A program made the translations under genes and the position numbers. A DNA stretch of 53,208 bases from Chlamydiia bacterium (lineage in GTDB: Bacteria; Chlamydiota; Chlamydiia; Chlamydiales; Parachlamydiaceae): assembly GCA_038257035.1 (NCBI GenBank), contig JBBSJT010000004.1:1-53208 (forward strand), written 5' to 3'. Positions 28,843 through 38,529 of this stretch are shown piece by piece. The notes beneath the pieces were generated by a model that had not been told where the DNA came from, did not search any database, and worked only from the letters and a program-made list of their open reading frames with translations. Position 1 is the stretch's first letter. Each line of letters opens with the position of its first letter.

Positions 28843-30606
28843 ATGTTTAGTTTTAGTCAAAGAATATTTATTAGCTATGTTGTTGTGTTTCTGTTATTTA
28901 TAACACTAATGTATCCTTTTACCGATCAAATTGTTCATCGTATTACAAACAAAGCCATGGAAGATCGGGCGGATGATTTAATTGAAAAAATACAAACAGC
29001 ACCAAACAATGATTCCATCATCAAACTATTAAAAGATTTAAAAGCCACCGTCTTTTTCAGAATGAGTGTCATCACAGATGAGCGAAAAGTACTCTACGAT
29101 TCAAGAATTAAAAGATTAATTGGCCCAAGGTTTAGCCAGGAATATGTTGTCAATCACCCTGAAGTGATGGAAGCTTTTAAATATGGTATTGGGTACAACG
29201 AAGACTACTCAGATTTATTGGCTCAAAAATTTGCTTACATGGCCAAAGGATTTGATTTTCATGGTAAAACATACATTCTACGAATTGCTTTTCCTTATAA
29301 TTATGTAACTGAGCTGACAAAAGATTTAAAATTTTCATTCATTGTCGTTGCAACGATTGTTTTACTACTTTTTAGCTTACTGACATGGTTTGTCATCAAC
29401 TATATGACAAAACCTATCCAGCAAATTATTAACGCCATCAAACCCTATCAGGATGGAATTGAAACCTACCTTCCGGAAATTCAATTAAAAGCCACAAGTA
29501 GCAGCGATGAGTTTCAAAAACTTGCAGAAACATTAAACTCCCTTTCCATTAAAATCAGAAATCACATTTCAGTCATTACACAAGAAAGGAATGTCATTGA
29601 AACCGTATTAGAATCGCTATTAGAAGGTGTTATTGCGGTCGATGATGAAACAAAAGTGATTTATGCTAATAGCACAGCTTTAAATTTTCTTGGAATTCAA
29701 AGAAGTGATCTGATCGGTAAAAAATTTGATGCATCGATTGAGGCCAAGTGCCACGAACTCCTTATTGCCTGCCAGCTCAATAAAAAAATTCTTAAAGAAA
29801 CACTCCAATTAAAAAAAGATGGAAAAAGAATTATTTTAGATATTGTTGCATCGCCTAAAAAAGGTGAACAAGGGGCAATTTTAGTACTTCAAGATCAAAC
29901 TTCACATCATAAACTTTTGGAAATGCGAAAAGATTTTATTGCAAATGCATCCCATGAGCTCAAAACACCATTGACTATCGTACGAGGTTTTGCTGAAGCG
30001 CTCCATGATAACCCCGATTTGCCTAATAGTATGAAAGAAGATATGACTTTGAAAATTGTAAAAAATTGTAAACGCATGAACCATATTATTCTGGATCTTT
30101 TAACGCTTAGTGATGTTGAAAATATCCCTGAATCCCGCATGCAATCCACTGAATTACTAGATATCATTACCAAATGCCAAAAAACAGTTAAAGAAGTCTA
30201 TCCTGAAGCAATTATAGAAATAGAAAATGCCTCTAAGGAGAACATGGAAATGGTAGGCGATCCTTATTTATTGGAACTTGCCTTTAATAATTTAATCGAA
30301 AATGCCGCAAAATATTCCAAGGAAAGCCCAAAAATTCGAATTAATTTTCAAAAAAATGATTCCTTCATCAAAATCACCATTTCAGATAATGGCATCGGTA
30401 TTCCAAAAGAAGACCTTGAGCATATTTTTGAAAGGTTTTATACAGTCAACAAAGCCCATTCAAGAAAACTTGGGGGGTCGGGTCTTGGATTATCTATTGT
30501 GGAAACAATCATCCATAAACATTTTGGGAAAATCAATGTCACATCCGTTATGGATCAAGGAACTACCTTTACAGTAGAACTCCCCGTCGAGCGCGTTAAT
30601 CCCTAA
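28843..30606 (+). CDS. PhoR-like sensor histidine kinase (TM-HAMP-PAS-HisKA-HATPase)
   Basis: FIANASHELKTPL H-box, NLIENAAKYS, ISDNGIGIP, IFERFY, GSGLGLSI. Confidence 0.93.
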   Translation: MFSFSQRIFISYVVVFLLFITLMYPFTDQIVHRITNKAMEDRADDLIEKIQTAPNNDSIIKLLKDLKATVFFRMSVITDERKVLYDSRIKRLIGPRFSQEYVVNHPEVMEAFKYGIGYNEDYSDLLAQKFAYMAKGFDFHGKTYILRIAFPYNYVTELTKDLKFSFIVVATIVLLLFSLLTWFVINYMTKPIQQIINAIKPYQDGIETYLPEIQLKATSSSDEFQKLAETLNSLSIKIRNHISVITQERNVIETVLESLLEGVIAVDDETKVIYANSTALNFLGIQRSDLIGKKFDASIEAKCHELLIACQLNKKILKETLQLKKDGKRIILDIVASPKKGEQGAILVLQDQTSHHKLLEMRKDFIANASHELKTPLTIVRGFAEALHDNPDLPNSMKEDMTLKIVKNCKRMNHIILDLLTLSDVENIPESRMQSTELLDIITKCQKTVKEVYPEAIIEIENASKENMEMVGDPYLLELAFNNLIENAAKYSKESPKIRINFQKNDSFIKITISDNGIGIPKEDLEHIFERFYTVNKAHSRKLGGSGLGLSIVETIIHKHFGKINVTSVMDQGTTFTVELPVERVNP

Positions 30607-30613
30607 CGTCTGA

Positions 30614-30888
30614 GTGTTCACCACGAAGAACCCTTCGGCCATATCCTTCTAGTGATGCTTCTTTTACCGCGAAGACCGCGAAGGAAGACGCGAAGGCACG
30701 CGAAGAAGCGCAGCTTATGCTGCGAAGAGAAAAAGAAGAAAGAATTGAACATTTCGTTTTTCTTGTTTTTTCATCGCAGCATAAGCTGCGCTTCTTCGCG
30801 TGCCTTCGCGTCTTCCTTCGCGGTCTTCGCGGTAAAAAAATCAACATAAACTTTATAATAACACTCAATTTCTTCGTGGTGGAACCAC
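30614..30888. repeat. CGCGAAG family (A) element nested in a CCACGAAG outer inverted repeat
   Basis: Perfect 64-bp arms 30662-30725 / 30774-30837; outer pair TTCACCACGAAGAA (~30617) / TTCTTCGTGGTGGAA (~30870). Confidence 0.92.
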
Positions 30889-30946
30889 TTGCGGAAAAAA
30901 ATGGTTTTCTTTAACTTGATTGTAAACTCATCTTTTAAGGAAAAAC

Positions 30947-32311
30947 ATGGCTCATATCAAAATCGTCAAAGGTCTTAATATTCCGATTTCAGGGCAGCCC
31001 ATAAAAAAAATGGGGCAAATTCCAAATCCAAAACAATTGGCTTTGGATTTAAAATCCTTTGACGAAATTAGCTTTAAGTTATTGGCAAAAGAAGGAGACC
31101 TTGTAAAAATTGGTCAGCCGCTTGCAGAAGATAAAAACAGTCCGGGACGATTATTTGTTTCTCCCGCGGCAGGTATTATATCTGAAGTCAGAAGAGGCCT
31201 AAAAAGACGCCTTGAAGCAATTATCATTGATGTTTCAGAAACTGAAGAATTTCATGAATATCCGTTAATTAACCCTGAAATTGCATCTAAAGAAGAGATT
31301 AAAGCAAGATTGCTAAATGGTGGTATTTTCACCCTCATCCATCAAAGACCCTTTAATATTTTGGCAAATCCAAATAACAGCCCAAAATCCATTTTTGTTA
31401 AAGCCATTGAATCAGCACCTTTTGTTCCTGCAGCAGAATTACAGGTTGAAGGATATGAAAAAGAGTTTCAGGCCGGACTAACAGCGCTTTCAAAATTAAC
31501 GGACGGAAAAGTTCATCTCGTTTATTCTGCAGAGAGCAAATGTGCAGCCTTTTTAAATGCAAAAGGTGTCGAAAAACATGACGCAATAGGCCCGCACCCC
31601 ATAGCAAATTCTTCTTTACACATTCAAAAAATTGATCCTATTCAAACAAGCGACGATATCATCTGGACTTTGAATGTTCATGATGTAATTTCAATCGGCC
31701 ATTTACTGACAAAAGGAAAATATTTTACCACTCGTTTAATCAGTGTTGCAGGGGAAGGAATTGAAGAAAATGCAAGAGGCTTTTATAAAGTACGAAACGG
31801 GACTGCCATAAAAAATCTTCTACCCTTTAAAAGTGCAAAGAGCCCTTTAAGATTTATTTCAGGTGATCCATTAATGGGTAAGAAAGTAGAAGAGAATGAC
31901 TTTTTAGGGTTTAATGATTTTGTATTTTGCTCGTTGCCGGAAAGTGAAGATCGTGAATTTCTTCACTTTTTTCGCTTAGGGAAAAATAAATATAGCATGA
32001 GCGCTGCTTATTTATCTGGGCATCTTGCACCCGGTGCTCGGCAGTATGACTTTAATACCAACTTGCATGGGGAGCCAAGACCTTTTATTGTAGCTTCCAT
32101 GTATGACAAAGTTCAACCTTTAAATATCTCAACCATGCTGCTTGTTAAGGCTGTGATGGCAGAAGATTTTGAGCTTGCAGAAAATTTAGGCTTACTTGAA
32201 GTTGATGAGGAAGATTTTGCGCTTCCAACATTTGTCTGCCCTTCCAAAATGGAAATGACCGAAATCATGGCCAATGGCATCAAGCGCTACTCCAAAGAAC
32301 TCCTGAGCTAA
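30947..32311 (+). CDS. nqrA: Na(+)-translocating NADH:quinone oxidoreductase subunit A
   Basis: IKIVKGLNIPISG, VSPAAG, GPHP, ISGDPLMG, LGLLEVDEEDFALPTFVCPSK. Confidence 0.93.
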   Translation: MAHIKIVKGLNIPISGQPIKKMGQIPNPKQLALDLKSFDEISFKLLAKEGDLVKIGQPLAEDKNSPGRLFVSPAAGIISEVRRGLKRRLEAIIIDVSETEEFHEYPLINPEIASKEEIKARLLNGGIFTLIHQRPFNILANPNNSPKSIFVKAIESAPFVPAAELQVEGYEKEFQAGLTALSKLTDGKVHLVYSAESKCAAFLNAKGVEKHDAIGPHPIANSSLHIQKIDPIQTSDDIIWTLNVHDVISIGHLLTKGKYFTTRLISVAGEGIEENARGFYKVRNGTAIKNLLPFKSAKSPLRFISGDPLMGKKVEENDFLGFNDFVFCSLPESEDREFLHFFRLGKNKYSMSAAYLSGHLAPGARQYDFNTNLHGEPRPFIVASMYDKVQPLNISTMLLVKAVMAEDFELAENLGLLEVDEEDFALPTFVCPSKMEMTEIMANGIKRYSKELLS

Positions 32312-32534
32312 AGAAAAAAATTAAAAAACTTTTTAAGGCATTTTTAAGGACTAAAAGGACAAAAAGGACATCAAGGACTAAAAGGACATTTCCACCCTCT
32401 TGAAAGTATCTTCAGAGCACATTAACTTTTCCTTGAAGATTTATTCGAGACGGTGGTATAGTTGTCCCCATAATTAAGACCGTGCATTTTGTTCCTTTGT
32501 TGGTGTATAATCCATTGATTATTGGAGTATTACA

Positions 32535-32815
32535 TGGATAAAAAACACCAAATAAGATCGCCCAGTCTAAAAGCAAAGGTAGCAATTGAAGCTTTAAAGG
32601 GTGAGTTATCCTTAATTGAGATTGCTACTAAATATAATATTCACCCCAAACAGGTTGGAAGATGGCGTGATCAACTTATTGAAGAGAGTGATGAATTATT
32701 TATTCACAAAAGCAGTGTGAAAACTTCCAAGGATCCTGAAACTGATGAATTATTAAAAAAAATAGGTCAGCTGACTGTAGAAATTGATTTTCTAAAAAAA
32801 AAGCTTGGAAAATAG
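32535..32815 (+). CDS. IS3 transposase OrfA (HTH)
   Basis: KAKVAIEALKG...IATKYNIHPKQVGRW...LLKKIGQLTVEIDFLKK; A9G slippery run at 32794-32803. Confidence 0.9.
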
Positions 32816-32859
32816 AGTTATCTAAAAAAAAGAAGTTAATTGAACCTGATCATGAAAGC

Positions 32860-33642
32860 TTGAGTGTAAGAAAACAGTGCGAATTGCTAGGAATTAGCCG
32901 TTCGTCTTACTATAGAATTCCTAACCCTGAGACCGAACTAAATTTAAAGTTGATGAAAATTTTAGATGAACAGTACATGGAAGCCCCCTTTTTTGGAAGG
33001 GAAAAGCATACCGAATGGTTAAAAAGAAAGGGCTATAATGTTAACCACAAAAGGATTGGAAGGTTATTAAATAAAATGGGTATTCAAGCTATGGTACCAG
33101 GTCCAAATACAAGTAAAAAAAATCCAAGAAATCCCATATTTCCATATTTATTAAAAAATATGGAAATCAATAAACCCAATCAAGTTTGGGCAGCAGATAT
33201 AACATGGATCCCCACTAGTAAGGGGTATTTGTATTTAGTAGCAGTGATAGATTGGCATAGCAGGTACATTTTGAGCTGGTGTTTATCGAGAACAATGCAC
33301 TCGGATTTTTGCATAGAAGCATTAGAAAAAGCCTTAGAAATAGGAAAACCGGAAATATTTAACACAGACCAAGGAACGCAATTTACAGGCCATGAATTTA
33401 CAGAAGTTTTAAAGGCTAATGAAATAAAAATCAGCATGGATGGTAAAGGTAGATATCAAGATAACATAATAGTAGAAAGGCTTTGGAGGAGTGTTAAATA
33501 CGAAGAGGTCTATTTAAAGAATTACGAAACAGGTGAAGAAGCTTACGATAATCTAGAATGGTATATGAAGTTTTATAATGAAGAAAGAACTCACATGTCG
33601 TTGAAGTATCAGACACCTGCTGAAATATATTTTTCTGCTTAA
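32860..33642 (+). CDS. IS3 transposase OrfB (DDE), in the -1 frame of OrfA
   Basis: VWAADITWI, FNTDQGTQF, DNIIVERLWRSVKYE; frame open back to the A9G site, so an OrfAB fusion by -1 frameshift is likely. Confidence 0.93.
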   Translation: MSVRKQCELLGISRSSYYRIPNPETELNLKLMKILDEQYMEAPFFGREKHTEWLKRKGYNVNHKRIGRLLNKMGIQAMVPGPNTSKKNPRNPIFPYLLKNMEINKPNQVWAADITWIPTSKGYLYLVAVIDWHSRYILSWCLSRTMHSDFCIEALEKALEIGKPEIFNTDQGTQFTGHEFTEVLKANEIKISMDGKGRYQDNIIVERLWRSVKYEEVYLKNYETGEEAYDNLEWYMKFYNEERTHMSLKYQTPAEIYFSA

Positions 33643-33937
33643 ATTAAAAATTTAATTTTACGACCCTCCCCTAGGGGAGGGGGCTTATTGGACTTATATA
33701 AACTAACATTGCATTAACAAGGAACAAAACCTTAAGCAATTTTGGTCTTGACATTGGGGACAAGCATAGTGGACTCGTCCTTTTAGTCCTTTTTGTCCTT
33801 TCTGTCCTTTTAGTCCTTTAAAATCCCTCCTACTTTATTTTTTTTAAGATAATTGTTGAAAAGACGTGAAATTATCCTTTTTCGTAGAAAAATTTCCCCA
33901 TCAAGTGTATTATCTTCTTTTTACTTCAAGTCGTTCA

Positions 33938-36100
33938 ATGCTAAATATCTATAAATCTTTTATTTTAATTTTTTCCTTACTATTCTCTAGCTATTGCCAC
34001 GCTATTGATTATGCCCACCAACACTGTGACGAAAATTTAATGCGTGATTTATTGATCGTAGACTATTGGAATAAAAAAATTAATGAACGCCTCCCCGTAT
34101 TTTATAATAATATTTTGTCAGGCGGCTATTTAAACATGCCTTCTGCTAGGATGGGCTGTGAAGGCGAAATTGGTGCAGGCTATGCAAAAGTGCCACCCTA
34201 CCGCAATTATAATTTGCGCATGCAATTACTAGATCGTTTGGAAATTAGCGGAAGCTACAGAATTTTTAAAGGTGTAGACGACCCCATTCTAACACCTCTT
34301 GGATTTGGTGATTTATCCGATAAAGGAGCTAATGTCAAACTTGCCATTTTGCATCCGGAAGATAGCCAATACTTATTGCCGGGCATTGCTGTCGGACTTG
34401 AAGATTTCATGGGAACTAAAGGGTTTGAAGCGCGCTATGTTGTCATGACAAAAGTGTTTTTAGATCATAATACGGAAATTACTTTGGGGTATGGCGATCG
34501 ACGAATAAAAGGTTTTTTTGGCGGAATTACTGTTATGCCTTTTAGAAATAGTTGTTTGACATATCTTGAAAATTTGGCATTAAGTGCAGAATATGATGCC
34601 ACTCCTTATTGTGACCCGGAAATTGAAAGGCATCCAAAAGGTCGTATCAAAAGATCCCCAATCAATTATGGAATTAAACTGCGTCTTTTTGACCATCTTG
34701 ATTTATCCGTAAGCCGCATTAGGGGGGATGAATGGAGCTGGTCCGTTTCTTCATTTTATAATTTTGGTCAAACAAAAGGGTTCATTCCTAAATTTAATGA
34801 TACCTTGCCCTTTAAAGGCCCCTTTAATACAGAGCCTCTTGGTTGCCAAAGAAAAGAATCGATAATGGCCGAAGAATTTCGTGACGCTTTTATAAATCAG
34901 GGATTTGAATTACTAGAAGTTAAAATTTATAATAATGAGTGTGGTCAAACAACATTGCGTTTAAAAGTTGATAATCTTAAATATGCCTTAGAAGCTTGTG
35001 TAAGAGAGCGTTTGAATTATTTACTAGGCTATTTGGTTCCTGATAATATTGATTTTGTCACTGTAGTGATTGATGAACGGGGCCTTGCAATCCATCAATA
35101 CGAATACGTAATGCCTTTTGTAAGATCTTTTATTCATGACCAAATTTGCGAATATGAACTAAAAATTCTCACTCCCTTAAAAGAAGTAACATTTGTTAAG
35201 TGCGAGCCGCAAGTTCCAATTTTTAAGACGGCTCGCAACTTAATAAACTTTGAACTTCTGCCAAAAACACATAGTTTTTTTGGCAGCTCAAAGGGCAAAT
35301 TTAAATACGCAGTTGGTTTAAATGCCGGCATTAACGGCTTCTTACCGGGCGACATTTATTACTCTGCACTTATAGGATATACTTTCCTTTCTAATTTAGG
35401 GGATTTAACAGGCGTTGACAGGCTAAATCCTTCGCAATTGATTAATGTCAGAACAGATATCATTCGCTATTACCAGCAAAAAGGATTAACATTTGATAGA
35501 CTCTATCTTCAAAAAAATTGGAATCTTGGAAAAGGTGTTTTTACAAGGCTTTCAGCTGGCTATTTTGAAGAGGCTTACGGGGGCGTTGGCATGGAAGTTT
35601 TGTATTACCCGATTAATTCGCCGTGGGCTTTTGGTATTCAAGGTGCAGTCTTAAAAAAACGTAACTATAATGGCCTGGGGTTTACCAACCAAATTCGAAA
35701 ACTTAATGGTTTTTGCCCAACTTATCAGCGCTTTCTAGGTTCACAATTGTTTTTTAACGCCTATTACGACTGGAAAGCTGCGGGCGTTGACTTTAAAATT
35801 TCGGCCGGACAATTTTTGGCAAAAGACCTTGGCATTCGCTACGAGATTACAAGGCATTTTCAAAGCGGACTTCGTGTTTCTGTCTGGTTGGCACACACAA
35901 ATGGACGTGACCGCATCAATGACAAAACTTATTATGACAAAGGGATTGCTTTGTCCATGCCTCTAGACATATTCTATACATACAGTGATCGCGATCGCTG
36001 GAGATATGGGCTTTCAGCTTGGTTAAGGGATGTTGCTGTCATCGCACAAACCGGTGAAGACCTTTACAATATGATCTACGAGCAACGCAACAATCATTAA
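33938..36100 (+). CDS. YjbH-domain outer-membrane protein
   Basis: Signal peptide; GYLNMPSARM, LPGIAVGLEDFMGT, AGYFEEAYGGVG, GQFLAKD.G, DKG...SMPLD. Confidence 0.85.
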   Translation: MLNIYKSFILIFSLLFSSYCHAIDYAHQHCDENLMRDLLIVDYWNKKINERLPVFYNNILSGGYLNMPSARMGCEGEIGAGYAKVPPYRNYNLRMQLLDRLEISGSYRIFKGVDDPILTPLGFGDLSDKGANVKLAILHPEDSQYLLPGIAVGLEDFMGTKGFEARYVVMTKVFLDHNTEITLGYGDRRIKGFFGGITVMPFRNSCLTYLENLALSAEYDATPYCDPEIERHPKGRIKRSPINYGIKLRLFDHLDLSVSRIRGDEWSWSVSSFYNFGQTKGFIPKFNDTLPFKGPFNTEPLGCQRKESIMAEEFRDAFINQGFELLEVKIYNNECGQTTLRLKVDNLKYALEACVRERLNYLLGYLVPDNIDFVTVVIDERGLAIHQYEYVMPFVRSFIHDQICEYELKILTPLKEVTFVKCEPQVPIFKTARNLINFELLPKTHSFFGSSKGKFKYAVGLNAGINGFLPGDIYYSALIGYTFLSNLGDLTGVDRLNPSQLINVRTDIIRYYQQKGLTFDRLYLQKNWNLGKGVFTRLSAGYFEEAYGGVGMEVLYYPINSPWAFGIQGAVLKKRNYNGLGFTNQIRKLNGFCPTYQRFLGSQLFFNAYYDWKAAGVDFKISAGQFLAKDLGIRYEITRHFQSGLRVSVWLAHTNGRDRINDKTYYDKGIALSMPLDIFYTYSDRDRWRYGLSAWLRDVAVIAQTGEDLYNMIYEQRNNH

Positions 36101-36109
36101 TTTTTCTAC

Positions 36110-36232
36110 GTTTCTGATTTTTTACCAGTGAGGCAGTGAGGAGCTACATGAGGACAGTGAGGGGTATGCTTGCAGAACTTCTCACTGACCTCATGTCTTT
36201 CTCACTGCCTCACTGGTAAAAAAATCAGAAAC
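36110..36232. repeat. Long inverted-repeat element, CAGTGAG family (D)
   Basis: GTTTCTGATTTTTTACCAGTGAGGCAGTGAG ... CTCACTGCCTCACTGGTAAAAAAATCAGAAAC. Confidence 0.92.
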
Positions 36233-36243
36233 ACTTGATGTGA

Positions 36244-37062
36244 TTAAACTAGTTTGTTATTGGCGAGGAAGGTTTCCATTACGTTTTTGTAAATATGAAG
36301 GATTTTATCGGCGATCATAATAGAATTTAAACATTTGCGCTTTTCTGCAAAATCAAGGTAGCTTTCCAATTTTGGATTATCAACGCCCATGGAATGCCAA
36401 GGTTCTGCATCTTCCTTACTTTCATTAGATTTAAGGGTGGATTCCAAGGTTTCTTTCCACAGTTTAGCAACTGGTGATTCAACATTTTTATTTTGAAGAA
36501 ATATAGCTGCAGCATCCATCAAAAAGAGCTTCCCTGTATCATAAAATAGCATCAAATCCTCGGCATAGATATGATTTGATAATTTTCCACCAACATTAGA
36601 AAAATCTTCGAATAAACTACCTAACTTATAATCTTGAGGATCCACTTTAAAAGATTCAAAGGAATTATGGAAATTTTCAAGGTAAAAACATTCTAGTAAA
36701 ATAGAAGATATCTCATTTTTGGTCGATATTGCATCATGGGTAAGCTTACCAGAAAATACACATCCAATTATTCCGGGAATACTTGCAAAAAACCAAAGAG
36801 GATGTAGCAGAGCTCCCCCTACAATTCCTGGAGCGCTACCAAATATTGAATAAAGATATGACACTGGAATTACGGTAATTTTATCGTTGTGTTCTCTTAA
36901 TATTTTCTTCTGCTCTATAAACAATTGAAGTGCAGTCATTTCAATTTTATCAGTATTATTAATGACGACTTCTTCCAATTCATTATAATTGCTGAATGGT
37001 AAAGATTGATAACCAATATTGCTTGTATTTTGTAACATGCATGTCTCCTGTTTTGGAAACAT
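36244..37062 (-). CDS. Hypothetical protein with a bilobed hydrophobic segment (Inc-like)
   Basis: About 40-aa hydrophobic stretch VIPVSYLYSIFG...IIGCVFSG after an S/N-rich N-terminus; start may be 37038. Confidence 0.6.
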   Translation of the reverse strand: MFPKQETCMLQNTSNIGYQSLPFSNYNELEEVVINNTDKIEMTALQLFIEQKKILREHNDKITVIPVSYLYSIFGSAPGIVGGALLHPLWFFASIPGIIGCVFSGKLTHDAISTKNEISSILLECFYLENFHNSFESFKVDPQDYKLGSLFEDFSNVGGKLSNHIYAEDLMLFYDTGKLFLMDAAAIFLQNKNVESPVAKLWKETLESTLKSNESKEDAEPWHSMGVDNPKLESYLDFAEKRKCLNSIMIADKILHIYKNVMETFLANNKLV

Positions 37063-37162
37063 TCATAAACAAATTTTTAATTCTTAACAAGCTCTTCTTA
37101 ATTTTAAGACCTCTACAATCCCTAACATCTTCGATTTTTTACAGGTCGTTTTATGTAATTTA

Positions 37163-38314
37163 TTAAGGTTTTAAAATAACTTTAGTGCAATCGTCTTGCT
37201 TATCACAAAATATTTTATAGGCATGTTCTGCTTGATGTAAGGGCAATGTATGCGATATGACGTCGTCCAAAATCACTTTTTTATCTCTAACAAGTTGCAA
37301 AAGTTCATCAATATAAACTTGGACTGGTGCCTGACCCATTTTTAAAGTCACACCTTTATCAAACAGTTGCCCTAATGGAAAACGGTAACTTGATCCATAA
37401 ACACCTACGATCGATATAACCCCACCCCGTCTTACAGCACTGGCACATTTTTCTATCACTTTGACTGACCCTGCCTGTCCTGTGATAACATTTAAGAATT
37501 TCTCTCCAAAATTTCGGTCGGGTTCCATTCCTACGGCATCCACACAAACATCGGCTCCTCTACCCTCTGTCATTTCACGAATGACATCAACAAGATTGTC
37601 TTGATTATAATTTAAGGTTTCAGATTTTGCACATTTCTTAGCCTTTTTTAAACGGTAATCAAGAACGTCAACTCCAATAACACGCTTAGCACCTTTCAAC
37701 CAGGCGGCTTTTTGTGCCATGATACCAACAGGTCCGCAACCAAAAACAACAACTGTTTCTCCGCCTTTCAATTCTGCTTGGTCGATTGCAAACCAGCCTG
37801 TTGGAAATATGTCGGTCAAAAAAAGCACTTCTTCATCCTTAAGCGAATCTTCTATTTTTCGTGGACCCACATTAGCATAAGGAACTCTAACATATTCAGC
37901 CTGGCCACCCGCATATCCACCATAAAGATCTGTATAGCCAAATAAAGCTGCTCCCTTTTCTGTTAACAACCCACCTTCCGGGCCATAATTGTCATTGGAG
38001 TTTTCGCAATGAGTTGGTAAGTCGTGATTGCAAAAAAAACAGCCTCCACAAGCAATCGGGAAAGGGATTACAACACGATCCCCTTTTTTTAAATGTGTGA
38101 TTCCTTTGCCCGTTTCCTCAACGATGCCCATAAACTCATGCCCCAAGACCATAGGATTTTTTTGTGGAATAAAACCATTATATAAATGCAGATCAGAGCC
38201 GCAAATAGCTGTAGAGGTTACTTTTAAAATGATATCTGAATCTTTTAGGATTGTAGGGTCTTTTACTTCTTCAACTAATACTTTTTTAGGATGGTGAAAA
38301 ACAAGAGCTTTCAT
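37163..38314 (-). CDS. Zinc-dependent alcohol/formaldehyde dehydrogenase (YbdR-like)
   Basis: AICGSDLH, GHEFMG, C-GG-C-FF-C structural Zn site, GGQAEYVRVP, FGCGPVG. Confidence 0.93.
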   Translation of the reverse strand: MKALVFHHPKKVLVEEVKDPTILKDSDIILKVTSTAICGSDLHLYNGFIPQKNPMVLGHEFMGIVEETGKGITHLKKGDRVVIPFPIACGGCFFCNHDLPTHCENSNDNYGPEGGLLTEKGAALFGYTDLYGGYAGGQAEYVRVPYANVGPRKIEDSLKDEEVLFLTDIFPTGWFAIDQAELKGGETVVVFGCGPVGIMAQKAAWLKGAKRVIGVDVLDYRLKKAKKCAKSETLNYNQDNLVDVIREMTEGRGADVCVDAVGMEPDRNFGEKFLNVITGQAGSVKVIEKCASAVRRGGVISIVGVYGSSYRFPLGQLFDKGVTLKMGQAPVQVYIDELLQLVRDKKVILDDVISHTLPLHQAEHAYKIFCDKQDDCTKVILKP

Positions 38315-38529
38315 ATAAACCTCCAAATATTAAACTATTACTTATAACTTTAAACTAATTTAATAAAAATTAAAAGTAAACACATATAAATTAAACTAAA
38401 AATCATGACTCAAATGGGGTTGCATCAAAATAAAGAAAAAAGTATGCTCTTTTTTCAAAACCTTAAGTAAAGGCAACTCATACCAAAATCATTTGACTCG
38501 TCAACCTATTTTCATGGAGCTTAAAATAA

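Larger units (their letters stand above)
32457..33768 (+). mobile_element. IS3-family insertion sequence, 1312 bp
   Basis: Terminal IRs TATAGTTGTCCCCATAATTAAGACC / revcomp TATGCTTGTCCCCAATGTCAAGACC; GTGG direct repeat at 32453-32456 and 33769-33772; orfA/orfB organisation. Confidence 0.93.
32338..33827. repeat. AAGGAC family (B) element split by an IS3 insertion
   Basis: Left arm and loop 32338-32456, right arm 33769-33827; removing the IS restores a copy like the one at 49613-49787. Confidence 0.88.

Noticed and set aside
30596..30914. Three short ORFs with RRPRRKTRRHAKKR peptides on both strands
   Set aside because: Mirror translations of the perfect inverted repeat; the same applies to 16898-17152, 24313-24669, 39293-39541 and 39443-39811
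30947..32311. nqr operon disrupted by the IS
   Set aside because: nqrA is complete and is normally separate from the other nqr genes in chlamydiae; the IS sits in a downstream repeat
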